DNA of 32,000 bases, taken from positions 270,001 through 302,000 of the forward strand of contig OY781871.1 in NCBI GenBank assembly GCA_963677105.1. Reading direction: 5' to 3'. Below, piece after piece: positions 9,050 to 15,244 of this stretch; within the stretch, counting starts at the first letter, position 1; each line of letters starts with the position of its first letter. The position numbers and the translations under genes are program-made. Under the pieces are notes generated by a model, which made no database searches, was not told where the DNA came from, and saw nothing but the letters and a program-made list of their open reading frames with translations. The DNA is from Candidatus Saccharimonadota bacterium. Its GTDB lineage: Bacteria > Patescibacteriota > Gracilibacteria > UBA4473.

Positions 9050-9069
9050 GGAACGGATATATCCGTTCC
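9050..9069 (+). terminator. Perfect 20-nt palindrome downstream of the peptidase gene (possible terminator hairpin without a U-tract)
   Basis: GGAACGGA-TATA-TCCGTTCC forms an 8-bp GC-rich stem. It is followed by CAACAAAAGAAATTTT rather than a clean T-run. Confidence 0.35.
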
Positions 9070-9102
9070 CAACAAAAGAAATTTTATTGTATACTGAAAA
9101 TA

Positions 9103-9714
9103 ATGAAAATTGACGACATATTATTAAAAAAGGCGGAATTTTGGGCAAAACTTCTCGGACATCTTCCCGGTGTAAGAGCTATTTTTCTTTCTGGTTCCCT
9201 CGCCAGTGGAAAAGCAAAAAAAACATCTGATATTGATTTTTTAATTATTACTCGATTTGGTCAGATTTGGACAGCTCGTTTTTTTGTGTTTGTAGTTTTA
9301 AAAATTTTTAATCAACTTGCGAAACCACATCATCACGCTGGATACATTTGTCCAAATCATTTTATTACCGATCACTCCCTTGAAATTAAAGAAAAAGATG
9401 CATATTCCGCACAACTTTTTTGTCATAATATTCCACTCTACGACCCGCTTAAACTCTGGAATAATTTTGTAGATGAAAATAGAGATTGGATTGAGTCTTT
9501 CGGAGAAATGTTTCATGAAATTCCTGAGAAAAATTTTGGACCACCACGCAAAAAAACAAAATTTCATCATTCTCTTTGGGAAACATTTTTTCGCTTTATC
9601 CAACGAACAAAAATAATAAAGAATTCTGATTTCAAAAAACCTGGAGCAAAAATTATTTTAACTAATGAAGAGCTCCGGTTTCATCCAAAGCCAAAAAATA
9701 AATACTGGAAATGA
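9103..9714 (+). CDS. Nucleotidyltransferase (Pol-beta-like NTase fold) domain protein
   Basis: 203 aa. IFLSGSLASGKAKKTSDIDFLIIT matches the GS-x(n)-DxD minimal NTase motif, followed by a helical C-terminal half. The TGA stop overlaps the next start (ATGA at 9711-9714). Confidence 0.65.
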   Translation: MKIDDILLKKAEFWAKLLGHLPGVRAIFLSGSLASGKAKKTSDIDFLIITRFGQIWTARFFVFVVLKIFNQLAKPHHHAGYICPNHFITDHSLEIKEKDAYSAQLFCHNIPLYDPLKLWNNFVDENRDWIESFGEMFHEIPEKNFGPPRKKTKFHHSLWETFFRFIQRTKIIKNSDFKKPGAKIILTNEELRFHPKPKNKYWK

Positions 9715-10586
9715 TATTCTTTTTGCTCGCAATTGGCGCAATGCTCGGATATTCCATTTATGGTTCTTTAATTGCGCATCATGTAAGAAAATATAACGGA
9801 CTTTCTGTCGCTACGATTAGAAATTTATCACTCGCAATTTCCATGGCGCCATTACTGCTTTTAGCAAATCCCGAGAATTTCATACTTTTTCCTGCCTTTC
9901 TAAAAAATATTGTTCTCGCTGGATTCTCTGGTGCAGCAAGTATGTGGCTTTCTTATAATTCTTTACGCTTCCTTCCTATCGGTATAAAAACTGTTTTTGG
10001 AAGAATTAGTAGCGTTGTATTTATCTTTTTAATTGGATGGATTTGGTTCCAAGAACTTCCGACACTTTTGGAATGTATGTGGATTATTCCAATTGTTTTT
10101 AGTGGAATTATGCTTTCTACACAGAAAATAAAATTCGATCATCTTGATGAACGATCTAAAATAGGAATTGTATTAATGCTTATTGCAACAGCATTTTCGA
10201 GTCTTTCTTTTGTACAAATGTCAGATGTTGCACGAAATCTTGATCCATTTATCGCAGGATATTTTTGGGAAGTCTCAATTGGTTTGTGGGCTCTGCTTTT
10301 CGGAATCATTCGGTGGATTACTTGTGGAAAACCTATTTTAGGAAAAATAAAAATACAAGAGGCTGGTAAAATTGCTCTTGTGTCAGCACCAACACTTATT
10401 GGAACAGGATGTTTTGCTCTTGCTGTAACTATGGGTCCCATTGGAATTGCAAATGTAATTGGAACTGGCGGAATCTTTGTTTCTATTCTTTTGGGACATT
10501 GGCTCTATCACGAAAAAATGACCACCAAACAATGGTTTTGGATTGGCGTATGTATTGTTGGACTAATTGGACTTGGATTAAGTTAA
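9711..10586 (+). CDS. DMT superfamily (EamA-like) transporter, about 10 TM helices
   Basis: 291 aa, hydrophobic throughout, with two homologous five-helix halves typical of EamA duplications. Translationally coupled to the NTase gene. Confidence 0.7.
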   Translation: MIFFLLAIGAMLGYSIYGSLIAHHVRKYNGLSVATIRNLSLAISMAPLLLLANPENFILFPAFLKNIVLAGFSGAASMWLSYNSLRFLPIGIKTVFGRISSVVFIFLIGWIWFQELPTLLECMWIIPIVFSGIMLSTQKIKFDHLDERSKIGIVLMLIATAFSSLSFVQMSDVARNLDPFIAGYFWEVSIGLWALLFGIIRWITCGKPILGKIKIQEAGKIALVSAPTLIGTGCFALAVTMGPIGIANVIGTGGIFVSILLGHWLYHEKMTTKQWFWIGVCIVGLIGLGLS

Positions 10587-10660
10587 AATTACAAATATCA
10601 AACTTCAAAGCTCAAATATGGAATTTTTTGTAATTTCTACTTTGTAGTTTGTAGTTTTGC
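10586..10660. repeat. Heptamer-periodic intergenic repeat with 10-bp inverted repeat (locus L1)
   Basis: AAATTACAAA (10586-10595) is the inverted repeat of TTTGTAATTT (10627-10636). Seven-nt units in complement orientation: ACAAATA TCAAACT TCAAAGC TCAAATA (10591-10618). Units in direct orientation: AATTTCT ACTTTGT AGTTTGT AGTTTTG (10632-10659). The element fills the convergent gap between the DMT and HAD genes and covers the last 8 HAD codons. Confidence 0.6.
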
Positions 10661-11287
10661 TAATATTTCATGTAACGAAGAAAAAACTTCATCTGCTCTC
10701 GATAAATCTAAATTTTTTGTTTGATCAGTTGGAACAGCCCAAACAGTCATTCCTGCCATTTTCCCTGCTTTAATTCCTCTCGGAGAATCCTCAATTACTA
10801 AACATTTTTCTGGAGAAACTCCTAATTTTTGAGCGGCTAACAAATATCCATCTGGAAATGGTTTTCCTTGAGAAACATCTTCATTGGTAATCGCAAAAGG
10901 AAAATAATTCAACAATTCTGTTTGAGAATGAGCTAATTCTAAATGTGGTCGATATGTTGCCGTAACAATTGCTCGAGGAATTTCTTGATTTAGCAAAAAA
11001 TCTAATACATTTAAAATTCCTTCCATTGGATCTATTCGTTGTGATAAAAGTTTCTCATATCTCCTGTCTCGTTGTTGTTGATATTTTTGAATTTCAACAT
11101 CAGAAACTCCTTGCTCTTTTAACCAACCAGTTGTCCCCGTTCCTAATGTATATCCATATTTATTATATATTTCGATATCCAAAGTTTTCCCAAATAATTC
11201 AAACACAATCTCCTGACATGCTTGAACATATCGTCTCTCTGTATCAATTAATATTCCATCATTATCGAATAATATCGCTTCAAACAT
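10637..11287 (-). CDS. HAD-IA family phosphatase (beta-phosphoglucomutase-like)
   Basis: The track ORF runs 10637..11314 from a TTG. The ATG at 11287 gives MFEAILFDNDGILIDTE (motif I, DxDGxxxDT). Further motifs: VTAT (II), GKPFPDGY (III), EDSPRGIKAGKMAGM (IV). TAG stop. Confidence 0.8.
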   Translation of the reverse strand: MFEAILFDNDGILIDTERRYVQACQEIVFELFGKTLDIEIYNKYGYTLGTGTTGWLKEQGVSDVEIQKYQQQRDRRYEKLLSQRIDPMEGILNVLDFLLNQEIPRAIVTATYRPHLELAHSQTELLNYFPFAITNEDVSQGKPFPDGYLLAAQKLGVSPEKCLVIEDSPRGIKAGKMAGMTVWAVPTDQTKNLDLSRADEVFSSLHEILAKLQTTK

Positions 11288-11334
11288 CGACCAAAGTTTA
11301 TGTATTGGAAACAAATTATCAAGACCGGTTTCTC

Positions 11335-11368
11335 TTTGAAATTTCTAGTTTGAAGTTTGTAGTTTGAA
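11335..11368. repeat. Heptamer-periodic repeat (locus L2), direct copy of 10627-10660
   Basis: TTTGA AATTTCT AGTTTGA AGTTTGT AGTTTGA A compared with TTTGT AATTTCT ACTTTGT AGTTTGT AGTTTTG C gives 28/34 identical positions in the same orientation. The two copies bracket the HAD gene. Confidence 0.6.
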
Positions 11369-11379
11369 TCTGTTACACT
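11350..11379 (+). promoter_or_regulatory. Candidate sigma-70 promoter of the hydrogenase operon (extended -10)
   Basis: TTGAAG (11350-11355), 18-nt spacer, TGtTACACT (11371-11379). The -10 box ends 7 nt before the ATG at 11387, which implies a leaderless or near-leaderless mRNA. Confidence 0.4.
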
Positions 11380-11386
11380 TCGCACG

Positions 11387-11893
11387 ATGATAAAAACTCA
11401 AGAATTAGCTCGACCATTTCCATTAAGCAAAACCTTTGAATGGATACTTTTTTTTGTTTTAATCGGAACTGCACCATTAATTCTGCACGAACAATGGATA
11501 ACTGGTCCAATTGTAAACGCACTTTTGATTGTTGCTCTTTTTCAACTTGGAATAACTCAGGCAATAATTCTTGCTTTTATTCCGAGCGCAGCAGCACTTG
11601 CGATTGGAACATTACCAATCGTTCTCGCTCCAACAATCCCCTGTATTATTCTTGGAAATATTCTCTTCATTTCTGGTGTCCACGTTTTTCAAAGAAAACC
11701 ACTTCTCGGAGTTCTTGTGGGAGCAATTGTGAAGTTTATATGGCTGACAATTTCTACACAGTGGATTCTACAATTTTTCCTTTCTGAAACAATTCTTGGT
11801 CGTGTTACAACAATGCTTTCTTGGCAGCAACTAGCAACGGCACTGGTTGGTGGATATTTTGCTGTAAGCGTTTTAAAACTCGTGAAACGATGA
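11387..11893 (+). CDS. Small polytopic membrane protein (about 5 TM), function unknown; first gene of the hydrogenase operon
   Basis: 168 aa, hydrophobic, for example WILFFVLIGTAPLIL, ITGPIVNALLIVALFQLGITQAIILAFIP and LLGVLVGAIVKFIWL. Its stop overlaps the next start (ATGA at 11890-11893). Any ECF S-component-like similarity is only an impression. Confidence 0.6.
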   Translation: MIKTQELARPFPLSKTFEWILFFVLIGTAPLILHEQWITGPIVNALLIVALFQLGITQAIILAFIPSAAALAIGTLPIVLAPTIPCIILGNILFISGVHVFQRKPLLGVLVGAIVKFIWLTISTQWILQFFLSETILGRVTTMLSWQQLATALVGGYFAVSVLKLVKR

Positions 11894-12882
11894 ATGATCT
11901 TCTTGAAAAAATTGAAGCAGCTGGATTAATTGGGCGTGGAGGAACTGGTTTTCCGGTTTATAAAAAATGGAAATCTGTGTTAGCGGCAGAAAATAACGAA
12001 AAATTTGTTATTTGTAATGCATCAGAAGGAGAACCTGGAGTGAAAAAAGATTGGGAACTTTTATCCAAAGAAATGGATCAAGTTTTTGATGGAATGTGTC
12101 TCGCATGTAAACTTATTGGAGCAAAAAAATGCTGGATAAACTGCAATTATGAATATTTAAAAAAGCTAAAAAAATCGCTCGAAAAACAAGTAGAACGATT
12201 GGCAAAAAACAATATTGAACTCATTTTATTTGAAGAAAAAAAGAACTCTTATCTTGGTGGAGAAAGCAGTACAATTATGAATGTAATTGAAGGAAAAAAT
12301 GAAATTCCTCGAAGCAAAAAGTTTCACGCAACTGAACATGGATTATGGGGAAAACCAACTCTAATAAACAATGTGGAAACATTTTTTGATGTTGCTGCAG
12401 TTGCAAATGGAACGTTCGATAACACTCGGTTATATACCATTTCTGGAGCAGTAAAAAATCCGGGCGTATTTCGCGTATCATCAGAACTCTCCGTTCATGA
12501 TGTGTTAGAAAAAACAAATAATGCCATTGACCCAAAAAGTTTTGTACAAATCGGTGGTGGAGCTTGTGGAGAAATTCAACGAGGAAATAATCTAGATAAA
12601 CCAGCAATTGGTGCTGGATCTATTGAAGTTTTTCCTCTTGAAACAAAACCAAAAGAAATTCTCATTCGTTGTCTTGAATTTTTCGAAAAAAGTCTCTGTG
12701 GGACATGTACTCCTTGTCGAGATGGCGTTCCTCAAATTCTAAAACTTTTACAAGAAAATGAAGAAGTGTCGTGGAAAGAAATATTAGAAATCACAGAAGT
12801 ACAACGAATCTCTGCTTTTTGTGGACTTGGTCGATCTATTGATACACCTGTTCGATCCCTTTATGAATCTTTGCAAAAATGA
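11890..12882 (+). CDS. NuoF/HydB-like NAD(P)H-binding flavoprotein subunit (short form)
   Basis: The real start is the ATG at 11890 (MNDLLEKIEAAG); the track ORF begins upstream at a TTG. Motifs: GLIGRGGTGFPVYKKWK, ICNASEGEPGVKKDWELL (FMN/NADH site), and CGTCTPCRDG plus a distal CGLG (C-terminal 4Fe-4S). About 330 aa. Confidence 0.8.
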   Translation: MNDLLEKIEAAGLIGRGGTGFPVYKKWKSVLAAENNEKFVICNASEGEPGVKKDWELLSKEMDQVFDGMCLACKLIGAKKCWINCNYEYLKKLKKSLEKQVERLAKNNIELILFEEKKNSYLGGESSTIMNVIEGKNEIPRSKKFHATEHGLWGKPTLINNVETFFDVAAVANGTFDNTRLYTISGAVKNPGVFRVSSELSVHDVLEKTNNAIDPKSFVQIGGGACGEIQRGNNLDKPAIGAGSIEVFPLETKPKEILIRCLEFFEKSLCGTCTPCRDGVPQILKLLQENEEVSWKEILEITEVQRISAFCGLGRSIDTPVRSLYESLQK

Positions 12883-14588
12883 CAACTACCTTTTTTATTG
12901 ATGGACAAAAAGTAACTGCTAAAGACGGAGAAAGCGTTCTTCAAGCAGCACTAAACGCTGGATTTGATATTCCTCATGTTTGCTTTGGGGCTGAATTAAA
13001 AAGCACTGAAAGTTGCCGAACTTGTTTGGTGGAAAATGAAGAAACAGGACGCATTACAACCAGTTGTTCACTTGTTCCAAAAGAAGGAATGAAGCTCAGC
13101 ACCAAAACACCAATGGTTGAAAAGGGAAGAAAAATCAATTTAGAACTTTTGTTTGCGAATCATCAAAAAAAATGTCCCGATTGTGCGGAAGGTCGCTGGT
13201 GTAAAATTGCCGAAAAATGTAAATCTCGTGGATTAGATTTAAAAAAATTTGCACCACGAACTAAACAAGGGAAAATTGAACGTTTTTATGATGGCCCATG
13301 TATTGAGTTTGACCCAAATATGTGCATCAATTGTAAAAAATGTATTGAAGTTTGCCGAAGCTGTAGCACCGCTTTTCTCGCAGAAAAAGGAGAAGGAAAA
13401 CATGCAACAATGGGAACACTTACCGGAAAAGTGGCTTGTATTTTTTGTGGACAATGTACAACGGTTTGCCCTACTGGTGCACTTCGTGAAGTTCGATCAA
13501 TAAAACAAGCTGAAGAAGCGCTCGCTGATCCAGATATGTTTGTAATTATTCAACCAGCACCTGCGATTCGTGCAGCACTCGGAGAAGGATGGAATCAAAA
13601 ACCAGATAACACTTCTACGGGAAAAATGTACGCAGCTTTACGCAAACTGAATCCTAATAAAATATTTGATATTAATTTTGGTGCAGATATTACAACTTCT
13701 GTAGAAGCAAATGAGCTAGTAGAACGAATTGAAAATAATGGAGTTTTACCGATGTTTACATCTTGTTGTCCATCATGGGTACGATATGTAGAAAGCGTTC
13801 AACCGCAACTCATTCCAAATCTTACTTCTGCACGTTCTCCACATATTCATTCTGGAGTAGCATATAAGACTTGGTGGGCAGAAAAAAATAATATTGATCC
13901 GAAGAAAATTTGCGTTATTTCCGTTGTTCCCTGTACAGCAAAAAAATATGAAAGCAGTCGTAAAGAATTATTTATTAATGATAAAAGTATTCCACCAGTC
14001 GATATTTGTCTCACAACACGAGAACTTATTATCATGCTGAAATCTCGTGGAGTGGAGTGGAATAAACTGAAAGAAGACAAAGCTGATGCTCTTGCTGAAC
14101 ACTCTGGAGCTGCTGCAATTTACGGCGCTTCGGGTGGTGTAATGGAATCTGCTTTGCGAAATACGTATTGGAAATTGACAGGCAAAAATATGCCAAATTT
14201 GGACTTCAAACCGGTTCGCGGAATCCAAGGCGTAAAATCTGCAGAAATAAAAATCGGGAAATTAACTGTTCGAGTGGGAGTTATTTCCACTATTCGAAAT
14301 CTTCCTTTTATTCTTATGCAATTGAAAAAAGACCCAAAAGCATATCATTATATTGAAGTAATGGCATGTCCTGGTGGATGTATAAATGGTGGTGGACAAC
14401 CACAATATGAAGATAAAAACGTAGTGAAAGAACGACAAGAAAGTTTATATGATATTGATTCACACAAAAAAATTCGTACTGCTCATGAAAACAAAGAAGT
14501 ACAAAATTATTTAGAATGGATAGAAAAACAAGAGGAATCTATCAAAGAATCTTTTCTTGAAACACATTATCACGAAACGGAAATATAA
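12879..14588 (+). CDS. hydA: [FeFe]-hydrogenase catalytic subunit, CpI-like domain architecture
   Basis: 569 aa. N-terminal 2Fe-2S region (CRTC). His-ligated cluster HQKKCPDCAEGRWC. Two ferredoxin-type motifs (CINCKKCIEVC, CIFCGQCTTVCP). H-cluster motifs FTSCCPSW, VPCTAKKYE and EVMACPGGCINGGGQP. ATGA overlap with the flavoprotein gene. Confidence 0.92.
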   Translation: MTTTFFIDGQKVTAKDGESVLQAALNAGFDIPHVCFGAELKSTESCRTCLVENEETGRITTSCSLVPKEGMKLSTKTPMVEKGRKINLELLFANHQKKCPDCAEGRWCKIAEKCKSRGLDLKKFAPRTKQGKIERFYDGPCIEFDPNMCINCKKCIEVCRSCSTAFLAEKGEGKHATMGTLTGKVACIFCGQCTTVCPTGALREVRSIKQAEEALADPDMFVIIQPAPAIRAALGEGWNQKPDNTSTGKMYAALRKLNPNKIFDINFGADITTSVEANELVERIENNGVLPMFTSCCPSWVRYVESVQPQLIPNLTSARSPHIHSGVAYKTWWAEKNNIDPKKICVISVVPCTAKKYESSRKELFINDKSIPPVDICLTTRELIIMLKSRGVEWNKLKEDKADALAEHSGAAAIYGASGGVMESALRNTYWKLTGKNMPNLDFKPVRGIQGVKSAEIKIGKLTVRVGVISTIRNLPFILMQLKKDPKAYHYIEVMACPGGCINGGGQPQYEDKNVVKERQESLYDIDSHKKIRTAHENKEVQNYLEWIEKQEESIKESFLETHYHETEI

Positions 14589-14606
14589 AGTATTAATATT
14601 TTACTG

Positions 14607-14669
14607 TGTCATTCCAGCTTGTCTGGAATCTAGTTTGCCACACTCCACTTCGTTGCGCTGGCAATGACA
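14607..14669. repeat. Pair of REP-like hairpins in inverted orientation between convergent genes
   Basis: Copy 2 of the TGTCATTC...GAATCTAG element lies at 14607-14633 (stem ATTCCAG/CTGGAAT). A diverged inverted copy lies at 14635-14669 (stem TTGCCA/TGGCAA). Outer arms TGTCATT (14607-14613) and AATGACA (14663-14669) are complementary. The pair sits between the hydA stop (14588) and the lipoprotein stop (14696) and may act as a bidirectional terminator. Confidence 0.55.
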
Positions 14670-14681
14670 ATTTTAACGTTG

Positions 14682-14703
14682 TACTTTCTACTTTGTTATT
14701 TGA
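14682..14703. repeat. Heptamer-periodic repeat (locus L3)
   Basis: T ACTTTCT ACTTTGT TATTTGA. The 10-mer TACTTTCTAC also occurs on the other strand at 19991-20000. The 12-mer TTTCTACTTTGT also occurs at 10634-10645. The element overlaps the lipoprotein stop codon. Confidence 0.5.
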
Positions 14704-15166
14704 TCTCTGGAGCGTCAGCGATTAGCCATTCTGTAGCACGTTCTAAGTTTTTTGCTTCTAATTCTGGAATATTTCGTTCTTCATTTTTAATTTTTTCTAC
14801 AGCAATTTCAGAAAAGTTTTCTTCAATAGAATTCATATATTCTGAACCATCTGCTGGAATCACGTGTAGCGAAGGATTCGCAAATGTAATTTTTACAGGC
14901 AAACTTACAGCTGCTCCTGTTTCCAACTCATTATTTTTAACGATAAATTCCTCACACAACGCCCACACTTCTACAACATTTGCTCCTGGTTGATTTAACC
15001 ACTCGAAATTACAAACTGCTGTATCTGTATCTAAAATATTTTCCTCCAAATATTGTTGAATACGTCCATCATTTCCTTCTCCAAGAATTCGTTCTGGAAC
15101 GTCCGATGTCACGTTACATCCTGCAAGAAATACCAATAAAGCTGTCGCCAAAAGAGTCTTTTTCAT
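14696..15166 (-). CDS. Lipoprotein of unknown function
   Basis: MKKTLLATALLVFLAGC contains a lipobox (LAGC). The track ORF extends to an upstream ATG at 15190. TAA stop. Confidence 0.7.
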   Translation of the reverse strand: MKKTLLATALLVFLAGCNVTSDVPERILGEGNDGRIQQYLEENILDTDTAVCNFEWLNQPGANVVEVWALCEEFIVKNNELETGAAVSLPVKITFANPSLHVIPADGSEYMNSIEENFSEIAVEKIKNEERNIPELEAKNLERATEWLIADAPEIK

Positions 15167-15244
15167 ATGAGATAAATAAATCTCACTCATAATACTTACT
15201 TTGCAATATTTTCCAAGTCGATGAATTATAATCTAAGTAATATT

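Noticed and set aside
10586-11368. HAD gene plus flanking repeats as an active mobile element
   Set aside because: No transposase or recombinase is present and no target-site duplication is recognisable. The repeats also occur at other gene boundaries without cargo. I kept this only as a cassette or boundary-signal hypothesis in the findings.
10969-11787. Track ORFs 10969..11367 (+) and 11440..11787 (+), and similar ORFs inside hydA, nrdA and the ABC genes (for example 13239..13454, 20690..22708, 29719..30308)
   Set aside because: They are off-frame or antisense to genes with diagnostic motifs, and none has recognisable motifs of its own.
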